Shown: positions 8,528-18,597 of the stretch, in pieces
Position numbering within the stretch: position 1 is the first letter of the stretch
How the letters are laid out: the number at the start of each line of letters is the position of its first letter
NCBI GenBank assembly: GCA_043803405.1
Contig: JAZDKB010000053.1
Location: forward strand, 1-64,000
DNA: 64,000 nucleotides
Direction of reading: 5' to 3'
DNA from: Spirochaetota bacterium
GTDB lineage: Bacteria > Spirochaetota > UBA4802 > JAFGDQ01
Position numbers and translations under genes: made by a program
The notes under the pieces: model-generated
Database searches by the model: none
What the model saw: only the letters and a program-made list of their open reading frames with translations
What the model was told of the DNA's origin: nothing

Positions 8528-10924
8528 ATGAAATCATGTGGAATATATTTAGCGACAATAATAGTAATATCAATATGTCTTGTTATTCAGGACTACTCAG
8601 TTGCGGTATTGGCAGATGAGATAAAAGAAAGTAATGACATTTTATTTGAGAAAAATATAGAGTATATCGGCAGCAGCAAAGAAGAAATTGAACTGGCACA
8701 GGCTCCTGAGATTAAGAAAAAAGCTGCCGGGGATTCGGATGCCAATGCCGATGACTCAATAAAAAGCCCCGAAAAAGATAAAAAACCCACACTTAAGCCT
8801 TTAATAATAAAAGCGACAAAAAAAAGAGACCGTAAAAAACCTGAGATTCAAAGCATTTCACGTCAAACGTTGACAGCTGACGACATAAAGGATGTCCCTG
8901 GTTCCTTCGGCGATTCGGTAAGAGCGCTTACAAGCCTTCCGGGAATTATCCACGCATATAGCGGTTTTTTCGGGCCGCTTGTAATACGCGGAGCAGACCC
9001 AACTGCAAATAATTATTTTATTGATGATATTCCTATTAACGATCCGCTTCATTTCGGCGGCCTGCATTCAGTTATTAATACGAACCTTATGAAAGATATA
9101 GACGTATATTCTTCGTCTTTCCCGGCAGAGTTCGGATCAGCTACTGCAGCGGTTATTAATATAACTACTATCGATGAAGTGACCGAATTTAGCGGGTATA
9201 CGGATATAAGTCTTTTAACTGCTTCGGCTCTAGTTAAGACACCTATCCTTAAAGATAAGTCGGGTAAACTGCTGCCAGGTTCACCGTTGCATTTAAGTTC
9301 AGAAGAAGAAGCGGAGAACGCAGGTTATTTTATCGCTTCAGGACGATACGGGTACATTGTGCTCGGCATAAAAGCTGCTGAGCTTTTTACCGGAGACGAG
9401 ATTCCTATTTCACCTGAATACTGGGATTATCAGGTGAAAAGCAAATATAAAATAAACAGTAAAAATTCAATTACCCTGTTTCTCTTTGGGCACAAAGATT
9501 TCATGAGAGTGCTAATAAACGATGATTTGCTTGAAGAGGGTGACGATCCCCTATGGAGTGATACAAAGTTTAAATATAATATTATTTCTCACAATCAGGG
9601 ATTATATTTTGACACAAAACTCTCAAAGGATTTCAAAAACAGGCTATTATATTACAGCAGCCTTCCGGACTTATACTATTATTTAGATGTTCCGGCTTCT
9701 TCAGAATTAAAGGACTTTCGATACCACGCAAAACCATGGGTATTCGGTTTAAAAGATAAAGCCAGCTATAAATGGATGGATGGCCATTCAGATTTGAGAG
9801 GCGCTGCGGAATATACATTTTATTATTTTACAGCAAAGGGCAAGACGCTACAAACGAGAGGTATTGATACAACCGGAAATATTGACAACTTGGAAGTAAA
9901 AGATATTGGTAATTTAACAATAAAAAATCATAAAATCGGAGGTTATCTGGAAAACAATTTTACATATTCAGGATTAACTGTTCTTCCGGGCCTGCGTTCG
10001 GAATATCTTGACCGATCTGAGACAGCAACATTTGATCCGCGGCTTATGAGCAGTTATAAATTTCCGACAAATACTACAATATCGGCTGCAGGCGGGCATT
10101 ACAGTTATTTTGTCCAGACAAATCCTTTTATTTTTAGTTCGAACACTGATATATGTGAATTAGGCAAAAAGCTAAAGCCAGAAAAAGCATGGCATTCTGC
10201 CGTTGGTGCGGAACAGGAAATTGATCTGTTAACATTAAAGCTTGAATTTTTTAAAAATTATTTTTATGATAAACCTGTCTCATATCCTCATGAAGAACCT
10301 GATGGGAGTAAAGTTCAAGGTTTAAGTTCCGGTAAACAAAAAACTCATGGTTTTGAAATAATGTTACGGAAAGATTTAAAGGAAAATCAGAATGGTCTTT
10401 ACGCATGGACAAGCTATACATATACTCGCTCAAAATTTAAATCCGGATTGCCTACAACTAAAAATTACAAAGGAGTGGAACAGGATTATATAGGTGACCC
10501 CAACGGAAACAGATACATGACATCAGACTTTGAGCAGCGTCACTGCTTTAAATTAGTAGCAGGATACAAATTCAGCAATCACACGGTCAGCGGGAAATTT
10601 CAGTATTATTCCGGATTCCCATATACGCCGATTGAGGATAATGAAACTCCTGTTAACGGTCGATATGTTCCAAAAATGGGCGAAAGAAATTCCAAAAATT
10701 TTCCGCCTTACTGGCAACTTGATACGCGCTATACCCGGAGGCTACCACATTCATGGGGAAATGTCAGCTGGTACGTTGAAATAATAAATATATTTGCAAA
10801 TAAGCAATATGAATATAAATGGTACTGGGATCGGACATATTCCGAAGGAAGCAACCCCAGGGTCAGGAAACAGAAAGAAGGTCTGTCAATGCTTCCGAAT
10901 TTCGGAGTAGAAGTTAAATTCTGA
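8528..10924 (+). CDS. TonB-dependent outer membrane receptor
   Basis: Signal peptide, plug (VPGSFGDSVRALTSLPGI...IRG...HFGG...FPAEFG), beta-barrel, terminal GVEVKF. Confidence 0.88.
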   Translation: MKSCGIYLATIIVISICLVIQDYSVAVLADEIKESNDILFEKNIEYIGSSKEEIELAQAPEIKKKAAGDSDANADDSIKSPEKDKKPTLKPLIIKATKKRDRKKPEIQSISRQTLTADDIKDVPGSFGDSVRALTSLPGIIHAYSGFFGPLVIRGADPTANNYFIDDIPINDPLHFGGLHSVINTNLMKDIDVYSSSFPAEFGSATAAVINITTIDEVTEFSGYTDISLLTASALVKTPILKDKSGKLLPGSPLHLSSEEEAENAGYFIASGRYGYIVLGIKAAELFTGDEIPISPEYWDYQVKSKYKINSKNSITLFLFGHKDFMRVLINDDLLEEGDDPLWSDTKFKYNIISHNQGLYFDTKLSKDFKNRLLYYSSLPDLYYYLDVPASSELKDFRYHAKPWVFGLKDKASYKWMDGHSDLRGAAEYTFYYFTAKGKTLQTRGIDTTGNIDNLEVKDIGNLTIKNHKIGGYLENNFTYSGLTVLPGLRSEYLDRSETATFDPRLMSSYKFPTNTTISAAGGHYSYFVQTNPFIFSSNTDICELGKKLKPEKAWHSAVGAEQEIDLLTLKLEFFKNYFYDKPVSYPHEEPDGSKVQGLSSGKQKTHGFEIMLRKDLKENQNGLYAWTSYTYTRSKFKSGLPTTKNYKGVEQDYIGDPNGNRYMTSDFEQRHCFKLVAGYKFSNHTVSGKFQYYSGFPYTPIEDNETPVNGRYVPKMGERNSKNFPPYWQLDTRYTRRLPHSWGNVSWYVEIINIFANKQYEYKWYWDRTYSEGSNPRVRKQKEGLSMLPNFGVEVKF

Positions 10925-11096
10925 TCGAGATAAAATTTCTGAACCGGGATTTGTATGATTAAAGGAATTACAGGATTAGTTTTTTTAAAAAACCAGTTTG
11001 GATTGAATATTAATTTATAAAGTTTAGTATTGCTGGCTAAATTTAAGGTAATATTGCAGTCAGAAAAATCATAATTCAGCCAATAAGGAGTTAATT

Positions 11097-11471
11097 ATGT
11101 GCGGACATACAAAAATAATTTTTTATTCCATATTAATTATTATTACTATATCTTCATGTGCCACAGCGCCTGTATGCATTACTTCATCCAATACACCGCT
11201 TAACGATAAAAAGATTTCCGAGAATCTGGGCAAAGTTGAGGGCGAAAGTGATTCCTGGACAATTTCCTTGTTTTGCCTGTGGACACTAGGTAAGCCCGAC
11301 ATCCAGAGCGCCATTGACAATGCCCTTTCTAAAAAGAAGGGGGATGCTCTGATAAATATTAAGTGCTACGAAGACGGCTACAATTTTATATTATTCGGAT
11401 TAACAAAAGTTAAAATCGAGGGCGAAGCTGTTATATTCCAGAAGCAGAGTGAAGAACCGGATGTCGAGTAA
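11097..11471 (+). CDS. TRL-like/Bor-like small lipoprotein
   Basis: Lipobox ISSC; AIDNALSKKKGDALINI motif; AGGAG RBS. Confidence 0.65.
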   Translation: MCGHTKIIFYSILIIITISSCATAPVCITSSNTPLNDKKISENLGKVEGESDSWTISLFCLWTLGKPDIQSAIDNALSKKKGDALINIKCYEDGYNFILFGLTKVKIEGEAVIFQKQSEEPDVE

Positions 11472-11850
11472 TAATAATAAAAATATAATAAAAAAATATT
11501 TTTTGAGCGGGACAGCCTGGCTTCTGCTATCTTATCTTTTAATATTTTGTCCTGCATGCATCGGCATAAATACCCATGTGAAAGGGATAGAGCCAAGCGC
11601 TCATCCAATGGCAAACAGTAAATACGAAATATTGGAACCGGTTGAGTTCCGGATCAGCAGCTTTAAGTTATTCTGGGTAATTCCGGTTACGCCCGATTTA
11701 AAGATTTACGAAACAATAGATGAAACCGTGAATAATAAAGGCGGAGACAATCTCATAGAAATGCAGGTTTGGCATGAAAGACAGTACTGGATACTGGGCA
11801 GTGTAGATATACTGCATATAAAAGGGAAAGTGATACGCACTCTTGATTGA
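11461..11850 (+). CDS. TRL-like small lipoprotein (paralogue of upstream gene)
   Basis: Hydrophobic signal followed by Cys; KGGDNLIEM...YWILG...IKGKVI parallels the upstream protein; start uncertain (11449 or 11461). Confidence 0.6.
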   Translation: MSSNNNKNIIKKYFLSGTAWLLLSYLLIFCPACIGINTHVKGIEPSAHPMANSKYEILEPVEFRISSFKLFWVIPVTPDLKIYETIDETVNNKGGDNLIEMQVWHERQYWILGSVDILHIKGKVIRTLD

Positions 11851-11907
11851 AACCGCATGCTGAGACTTATTAAAAGTCATAACCCCGGACATTAATCATT
11901 ATTAAAC

Positions 11908-13128
11908 TTACGAAGATACATCAAAGATATGCTTTTTGCGGTGCCTGCTTTTATATAGTGCTACCTTGTCATCAATTTTTTTTCTGTCTATGACTCTTAT
12001 TATATAATCCGAAATATCTATATTCCTGTCGGATAAAAATTCGCGGATCGATTCATCGCTTTGATCCGATATCCCGGCCATTTTTTTTAAATCATAAAGC
12101 GAAAACGCAAAGACATAATCCTTCGGATTTGTATCCCATGATTTATTTTTTGAGTTGATATCTGAAATTAAAATTTGTATATATGAATACAGCATCCCGT
12201 TTGGGTCATCCATCCCAAAGATCGAAACCCGCTGATGAGCATACCATATCCTTCTGGCAAAACTTTCGAATATCTTCATCAGCAGTTTATCTCCGACAGT
12301 ATCCACGAAAGTGTCTATCGACAGCTTTAAAATATCGCTGTCATGAAATACAATAGCGGAAGCATTTCTTACTTTCTTGTTCAATATTGACATCTCGCCG
12401 AAAATTTCGCCGTCGCGGAGTATGCATAAAATGAATTCCAGATTGTTGACCAGCTTGGATATTTTTACAGCGCCCTTTTCAATTACGTAAAAATAATCAG
12501 CCGGCTCGTTTTCAATAAAAACAACATCGCCGGTCTTTAAGCTCATATTATGAGAGTCATAGTCAGGAGGTTTGTAATCCGGATAAATTTTGTTTAACAG
12601 ATTTTTTGCCTGTTCAATTGTTGTAAGATTCAGATGAGGACTGTTCTCCGCCCATTTTATATATTTATAAAAACAGTAAGCTGCCAGTTCATTTTGTTTC
12701 GAATCCGCATAGTATTTACCGTCCTCAAATAATTTTTGGGGATCTTCTGTATCCTGCTGCCCTGTATATTTCTTAACAAGATAGCTGTTAATCAATCTGA
12801 GCTGGTTAGAGTACAATGAGATAATTTTAAGACAGATGTTCTTGTTATCCCGGAAATATTTCCCAAGTAAAGCGATTGGAATGCGGATTACTTCGCATCC
12901 TGTCTCCGCAATTAATGTATATCTGGAAGGATTTCTGGTTAATCCTGATACAAGTCCGAATGTGTCACCTGCGCTGTATTTATTAAACAATTTATTATAG
13001 AATTCTACATCTGACTGAATATTTATACTTCCGGATTTTAGTATGTAGAAATATCCTTCATTATGCGAATTTTCGACTGTTATAGCCGAGCCTGCAGGAA
13101 ACTGGATAGATTTAATTTCATTTTCCAT
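11908..13128 (-). CDS. Crp/Fnr-type protein with two cyclic nucleotide-binding domains
   Basis: N-terminal degenerate CNB (FYILKSG...GDTFG) and second CNB (VFIENEPADYFYVIEKG...GEIFGEMSILNKKVRNASA). Confidence 0.8.
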   Translation of the reverse strand: MENEIKSIQFPAGSAITVENSHNEGYFYILKSGSINIQSDVEFYNKLFNKYSAGDTFGLVSGLTRNPSRYTLIAETGCEVIRIPIALLGKYFRDNKNICLKIISLYSNQLRLINSYLVKKYTGQQDTEDPQKLFEDGKYYADSKQNELAAYCFYKYIKWAENSPHLNLTTIEQAKNLLNKIYPDYKPPDYDSHNMSLKTGDVVFIENEPADYFYVIEKGAVKISKLVNNLEFILCILRDGEIFGEMSILNKKVRNASAIVFHDSDILKLSIDTFVDTVGDKLLMKIFESFARRIWYAHQRVSIFGMDDPNGMLYSYIQILISDINSKNKSWDTNPKDYVFAFSLYDLKKMAGISDQSDESIREFLSDRNIDISDYIIRVIDRKKIDDKVALYKSRHRKKHIFDVSS

Positions 13129-13266
13129 ATAAATGAGTTATTAGATATTTACATAAGATTGATAGAATGTTAGTAATATTTTTTTATTTATTCGGTATAT
13201 TAACATATGTAGAAATTTGTGTCTATAATTATTTGCGTGAAGTAATAATCGTTCACTATTTTACAA

Positions 13267-13322
13267 ATACCTATAATATTTTAATACTGAAAGGCGTCCT
13301 AAAAAATTATGTTATGTATTTT
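13267..13322. repeat. Collapsed copy of the 5171-5297 element
   Basis: CTGAAAGGCGTCCTAAAAAATTATGTTATGTATT closely matches 5256-5289 CTGAAAGGCGTCCTCAAAAATTTTGTTATGTATT. Confidence 0.7.
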
Positions 13323-13394
13323 AATTTCAAAAATATTCTTACATCCACAATTTTAAATATTACAGTATATTATATACTGAAAGCAGTAATTAAA

Positions 13395-13461
13395 AGAGTG
13401 CGCCTCAAAACCTATTGTCTGGGACTATCATCCTGTTCTCTTCGGTTTCGGGACGCACTCT
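13395..13461. mobile_element. MITE-like element, AGAGTGCGTCCTAAAACCTATTG family (short copy)
   Basis: Ends AGAGTGCGCCTCAAAACC...GGTTTCGGGACGCACTCT are imperfect inverted repeats shared with 18461, 31339 and 57652. Confidence 0.7.
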
Positions 13462-13518
13462 GATTTAGAAGGGGTAAAAACTAGGCAGTTAAAATGCGCA
13501 AAATTATAAAAACAAAAT

Positions 13519-14226
13519 TTACTGAAAGTTATATACTTGTGTTGCGTTTCCTCCGTGCAGGCCGTCAATGGACAAAATGCTTAAATCGATTCTATGATAT
13601 CCTTTAACAATATCATTCGGTATTGTTAATTCGTAAATATTTATACCGGACGCAGCCAGAATACCGTCGACAAACCACGTGTAAATTATATTCGAAGTAT
13701 CCAGGGTTGATCCTGTAATTATAAAATCTTTTTTACTGCTGATTATATTTTTGTCGCTGTCAAAACTTAATTTTATATTGTCTGTCCTTGGAGTAATCTC
13801 AAGAAATGGCGACTGGGAAATTGAAACTTTAATAGATCTTTTTGTTGTAGCATCCGGAAAAATTTTTATTAATTCCGCAGCCCCGCCGAATACGATTCCA
13901 TTATCAATTAATTGAACTGTTAAAAAATAATAACCCGAAGGTATTGAGGGATTATTATATGAATTCGATTCTTCGTTAAGACAAAAATCAATGGTTTCCG
14001 CTGAACCGATAGCCGGATCGAGAGTGACTTTTATAATGGCTGAATGTTTTAATGCCGGATCAAATAGACTTGTAAGTATAAAAGAACCGGTTTCATAACC
14101 AGAATTCGGGGTATGCAAATAATTAGCGGAAGCATTTCTGTTCATAATGCATTTGTTATTAATAGTATTTAATGATAACGCATTTAAAATTATACTTAAA
14201 ATGATTGAATAAAATAATATTCTCAT
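13519..14226 (-). CDS. Hypothetical exported protein
   Basis: 235-codon ORF, AAGAGG RBS, hydrophobic N-terminus; family not recognised. Confidence 0.5.
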   Translation of the reverse strand: MRILFYSIILSIILNALSLNTINNKCIMNRNASANYLHTPNSGYETGSFILTSLFDPALKHSAIIKVTLDPAIGSAETIDFCLNEESNSYNNPSIPSGYYFLTVQLIDNGIVFGGAAELIKIFPDATTKRSIKVSISQSPFLEITPRTDNIKLSFDSDKNIISSKKDFIITGSTLDTSNIIYTWFVDGILAASGINIYELTIPNDIVKGYHRIDLSILSIDGLHGGNATQVYNFQ

Positions 14227-14427
14227 AATATAGCCTCTTAAATTTATACTTTTGTATGCCAAAAGAAGAAAATTATTTAAAAATATAAGAAAAATGTTCT
14301 GTTTTATTTATTTTTTTTATAATTAAGGGGTTGCGACTTGACGGTAAGACAAGTAAATAATATATTATAAGTATACAAAATAAACAACTTAGTATGTCAG
14401 TTTGTCAAATCGGGCATAACCCCCGAA

Positions 14428-14459
14428 TTCTGGTCTCAAGTTGCAGCTTGAGACCAGAA
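14428..14459. repeat. 13-bp perfect stem-loop (REP-like or terminator)
   Basis: TTCTGGTCTCAAG-TTGCAG-CTTGAGACCAGAA followed by CCTTCTCTTT. Confidence 0.6.
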
Positions 14460-14701
14460 CCTTCTCTTTAAAAAAAAGCGTTGAAATAATCAATTTAATT
14501 CATTTTTTAACTGGCTGATCCTCAAATCTTTATAATTTATATAAATAATTTTTGATCGTCAACTAAATGAGCAATATTTTTTAATTTTATTGGAAAAAGC
14601 TTTAAAATTAATTATAATAAATGGCAGAAATATTAATTATTGACAATAATACTTGAACATTATTACTGATCACTTTAACTACTTTTGTTTAGGAGAATTA
14701 T

Positions 14702-16204
14702 ATGGTAACTAATATAAAGATAAGAAATCTTGATTTAAGAGACGGGCATCAGTCCAATTTCGCAACAAGGATGAATGATGATCAGATAGATAGAGTTCTT
14801 CCGTTACTGCTGGAAGCCGGATATTACGGGCTTGAAGTATGGGGCGGAGCCACACTTGATTCCTGTATGCGGTTTTTAAATATTGATCCATGGAAAAGGC
14901 TGGAAACAATAGCACAAAAAACAAATAAAAGAACACATTTAAGCGCACTTGCAAGGGGAATTAATTTATTCGGGTATAATCCATATCCGGATGATGTTGT
15001 ATATGATTTTATAAAGTTGTCAATTGAATCCGGCATTACAATAATGCGTGTTTTTGATGCTTTAAACGATCTCTCAAACCTTAAAGTAACAGTAAAAGCA
15101 ATAAAAGAATCCGGCGGCATCGCAGATTGCGCGATCTGCTACACAACAAATCCGGTAGATACAACAGTCGAAAAGTATCGGTCAGTATTTAATGTGGATT
15201 ATTTTGTGAGCAAAGCAGTTGAACTTGAAAAAATGGGAGCAGATATTATCACTATAAAAGACATGGCAGGTCTCATAGATCCTGAAATGTCATTTAAATT
15301 GATTAGCGCACTTAAGAAGAAAATAAAAGTCGACATTAATCTGCATTCACACTGTACGCCCGGATACGCAGTTGCCAGCCATGTTGCAGGGATGGTTGCC
15401 GGAGTTGATATTCTTGATGTTGTATCTTATCCTTTTTCAGGAGGGCCTTCTCATCCGGCAACTGAAATAATCTGCGAATTCGCAAGAAAACTGGGAATAA
15501 ATACAGGACTTAACGAGAATAAATTTCAGGAAATACGTCAAACTCTGCTTGAGATCAGAAAGGAGCTGGCACAGTTTGATGAATATAAAGAGTATGAATA
15601 TAATTTTTCCGGGACATTCTCTGATGAACAGCATTCTCTGATGGAAGATGCAATAAAATATATTAAGAATAATAACTTCCAGTCTGCACTGGAAGCTGTG
15701 CATAAACTTGAATCCAGTTTAAATTTGCCCCCGCCGGATGATGCCGTAAGACTGGCACAGATACCGGGCGGTATGTACTCAAATTTGCTAAGCCAGCTAA
15801 AACAATTAAAAATATCGCATTTGCTTGATGAAGTATTAAAAGAAGTGCCCAGAGTAAGAATGGATGCGGGTTTAGTTCCTCTGGTTACGCCTACAAGTCA
15901 GATAGTCGGAGCACAGGCCGTTCAGAATGTAATGCTGCGCAGTAAAGGGAAAGAGCCTTATTCCGCCAACAGCATTCAATATATTAACCTTGTCAGAGGT
16001 GAATACGGCGAAACGCCGGTTCCCATTTCACCGGAATTCAGAAAAAAAATCACGAAATCAACAGAAGAAAGACGGTTCGATGTTTCCAAATGGAAGCACA
16101 CAGATGCCCCGGAAGGACTGGTTAAAGATAAAAAAGATCAGATGCTTCTCGACTTATTCCCGGGAGTTGCTCTCGATTTCTTTAAAAAGAGAGAAAACAA
16201 ATAA
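14702..16204 (+). CDS. Pyruvate/oxaloacetate carboxyltransferase (OadA/PycB/transcarboxylase 5S-like) without a biotin-carrier domain
   Basis: RDGHQS, EVWGGAT, IKDMAG, HSHCT, QIPGGMYSNL, PLVTPTSQIVG; no AMKM motif. Confidence 0.9.
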   Translation: MVTNIKIRNLDLRDGHQSNFATRMNDDQIDRVLPLLLEAGYYGLEVWGGATLDSCMRFLNIDPWKRLETIAQKTNKRTHLSALARGINLFGYNPYPDDVVYDFIKLSIESGITIMRVFDALNDLSNLKVTVKAIKESGGIADCAICYTTNPVDTTVEKYRSVFNVDYFVSKAVELEKMGADIITIKDMAGLIDPEMSFKLISALKKKIKVDINLHSHCTPGYAVASHVAGMVAGVDILDVVSYPFSGGPSHPATEIICEFARKLGINTGLNENKFQEIRQTLLEIRKELAQFDEYKEYEYNFSGTFSDEQHSLMEDAIKYIKNNNFQSALEAVHKLESSLNLPPPDDAVRLAQIPGGMYSNLLSQLKQLKISHLLDEVLKEVPRVRMDAGLVPLVTPTSQIVGAQAVQNVMLRSKGKEPYSANSIQYINLVRGEYGETPVPISPEFRKKITKSTEERRFDVSKWKHTDAPEGLVKDKKDQMLLDLFPGVALDFFKKRENK

Positions 16205-16315
16205 AACGTATTAAAAAAAATAGCGACTAATAGTTGACGATTATAAAAAAATTTTGTAAATTATTTTGGTGTGTTTATACCTCCCTTAATTTAAGAAAGA
16301 ACATACTTTTTTCTT

Positions 16316-16342
16316 AGCCAGCCTGCCCAGGTTGGCTTTTTT
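16316..16342 (+). terminator. Rho-independent terminator
   Basis: AGCCAGCCTG-CC-CAGGTTGGCT followed by a T run. Confidence 0.65.
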
Positions 16343-16473
16343 GTTGACTTTTTATAATATTTATGCTATAAAATGTTAGAATTTTAGTGAATAAAAAATA
16401 ATTGTTTTTTGATTTTAAAAAAATGTGTGCTAAAATATTTCACTAATATCATATATAATTTTGGAGGCATTAT

Positions 16474-16656
16474 ATGAAGATGGCTGAAATTCAGAGGAAG
16501 GCACAGAATATGGGACTGGATCCCGGGAAATTAAAAAAGGATGATTTGATTCACAGCATTCAGGTAAAAGAAGGTTACGAATCGTGTTATAAGGCTAAGC
16601 AGGATAGTTGCAGCCAGTACGACTGCTGCTGGAGAGGAGATTGTAATCCGAAGTAG
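16474..16656 (+). CDS. Small SAP/Rho-N-like protein with Cys-rich C-terminus
   Basis: GGAGG RBS; EIQRKAQNMGLDPGKLKKDDLIHSIQ-EG-C...C-Q-DCCWR-DC. Confidence 0.75.
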   Translation: MKMAEIQRKAQNMGLDPGKLKKDDLIHSIQVKEGYESCYKAKQDSCSQYDCCWRGDCNPK

Positions 16657-16830
16657 TAATTGTTCAACCAGTAAATCCCGAAAGGTCAGAATTTTTATTG
16701 ATTTTTTTAATAAAAAAGCGGATATTTTTTCAATTAATTATCAGAGGTTATTATTATTTCTTCTTAATAAAAATAAATTAGCCGAACATAATATATAACG
16801 TATTTATTTTACGCAATTTAAGGTAATTAC

Positions 16831-17223
16831 TTGGATGAGGATAATACTTTGGCCTGCGCAAAAGATATAATGACTAAAGACATAATTACTTTGAAAGAGG
16901 ACGCCTCCGCAAAAGACGCTATTAAACTTCTTTTGGAAAAAAGGATAAGCGGGATCCCGATTGTTTCTGATAATATGAAACTGGTCGGAGTAGTAACTGA
17001 AAAAGACCTGTTAGAGCTGAGTTTCTATGATACCACTGAAAATATATCGGTAAGCGATATTATGACAAGCAATGTTGTTTCTATGGATAAGGAAACGGAT
17101 CTTCTGGAAATTTGTGAATTTTTTATGCATAATAATTACAAACGAATCCCCATTGTATCGGATAATACGCTGGTCGGCATCATAAGCAGAAAAGATATGC
17201 TTAAATATATTTTAGAGAAGTAA
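16831..17223 (+). CDS. CBS domain pair protein
   Basis: AKDIMT...ISGIPIV...LVGVVTEKDL and VSDIMT...KRIPIV...LVGIISRKDML. Confidence 0.9.
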   Translation: MDEDNTLACAKDIMTKDIITLKEDASAKDAIKLLLEKRISGIPIVSDNMKLVGVVTEKDLLELSFYDTTENISVSDIMTSNVVSMDKETDLLEICEFFMHNNYKRIPIVSDNTLVGIISRKDMLKYILEK

Positions 17224-18435
17224 ATTACGCTGCAGTATTTTTATATTCCAGAATTCGAATATAGCCTTCACCGTTGACCCGGTTGCCTGATTATTAATTA
17301 CAAACAGCGGTTCCTTTTTATAGGACTTATAAATTTTGTCGTAATAATTTTCCATAATATCTTTTAAAAAATCGCTGTATTGGTCATTATCTATCCATTC
17401 TTTATACTGTTCAATTTTTGTTTTGCTCAGCTTATTACCTAGAAATTGAAGCTGCTCTTTTATTTTTTCTTTTGATTCGGATTTTTTTTTATTACCTGAA
17501 TCCGCTGATGCAAAATAATCTTTCTCCAATCTTTCAATTCTTTTTTCAATTGGACATGTGAGGCAAATGTGTTCCTCTTTTTCAAGCCCTCTCTGGACGG
17601 CAGGCGGAAGCGTAAGCCCTCCGATTTTTTTGCTTTCGCTTTCGGATAAAAAGACTGGCAGGATGCCTTCTTCGTTTATGTAAGGGAGCACTTCCATAAA
17701 AATATTTGTTTCGAATTGCTTTTGATTGTTTTTCTTTTGATTTCTCATGGCGTACCGTATTTCGCCGAAAACAGAGGAAGCGTGGCCTGCGCATTCTTCC
17801 AGATGAAGCACGGGGAAATCAGGTTGGAATTCTTTAATGTATTCCAGGATTTCCGATTTTCCGCATCCTGTAATGCCGGACAGGCTGATTATTGGAATAG
17901 TTTTATTATATAAAAAATCGTAAACATTTTTTCTAAAACCTTTTTGGCCTCCCTGCAATCTTACAACATCAACATTATTTTTTTGCAGAATGCCTGCTGT
18001 ATATTTGCTTCGCGCTCCTCCGCGCCAGCAGTAGACTATTACCTTGCGACCGTTGGTATATTTTAATATGTTATCAATATAACTCTTTTCTTTTTTCTTT
18101 GCGAAATAATATGCTAACGACAGCGCTTTTTCTTTTGATTCTTTAAAATATATTAATCCAACTTTGTGGCGTTCTGTATTATTTAAAATCGGCAGGTTAA
18201 CAGAAAACGGAAGTGCATCGGCTGAATATTCCTTTTCCGATCTGACATCGATTATAATAAAATTATTTCTATTCTGCTTATATTTTTTTAGTACCTGAAG
18301 AAAGTCGGATTGACACAATTCCTTTGAATTTAAAGCAATATCCTTGAATTCAATATTTGGCAAATCGTAATCTTTTATTTCCTGCAGTATATCTCTTAGC
18401 TCATGCTCCTGATGATCTGCGTCTGTTTTGTGCAT
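17212..18435 (-). CDS. mnmH: tRNA 2-selenouridine synthase MnmH/SelU
   Basis: Rhodanese domain IDVRSEKEY...YCWRGGARS, P-loop GITGCGKS, LEECAGHASSVFG, ESESKKIG. Confidence 0.88.
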   Translation of the reverse strand: MHKTDADHQEHELRDILQEIKDYDLPNIEFKDIALNSKELCQSDFLQVLKKYKQNRNNFIIIDVRSEKEYSADALPFSVNLPILNNTERHKVGLIYFKESKEKALSLAYYFAKKKEKSYIDNILKYTNGRKVIVYCWRGGARSKYTAGILQKNNVDVVRLQGGQKGFRKNVYDFLYNKTIPIISLSGITGCGKSEILEYIKEFQPDFPVLHLEECAGHASSVFGEIRYAMRNQKKNNQKQFETNIFMEVLPYINEEGILPVFLSESESKKIGGLTLPPAVQRGLEKEEHICLTCPIEKRIERLEKDYFASADSGNKKKSESKEKIKEQLQFLGNKLSKTKIEQYKEWIDNDQYSDFLKDIMENYYDKIYKSYKKEPLFVINNQATGSTVKAIFEFWNIKILQRNLLL

Positions 18436-18460
18436 AGCTCTTTGTATTTATTATCCTTAA

Positions 18461-18495
18461 TTATGTTATTACAATAGGTTTTAAAACGCACTTTA
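18461..18495. repeat. Solo right end of the AGAGTGCGTCCTAAAACCTATTG MITE family
   Basis: TTATGTTATTACAATAGGTTTTAAAACGCACTTTA resembles 31481-31515 TTACGATATTACAATAGGTTTTAGGACGCACTCTA. Confidence 0.65.
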
Positions 18496-18597
18496 AATAA
18501 TATAGCTGACTCTTTACAATAATAAAAAATATTTTTAGCTTGCGGAAGTTATGAATTCGTTGTATTGTATTTTTAATTAAACCTAAGGAGGCTTAAT

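Noticed and set aside
13167..13463. 98-aa ORF
   Set aside because: Very AT-rich, no RBS, and it overlaps two non-coding repeat elements.
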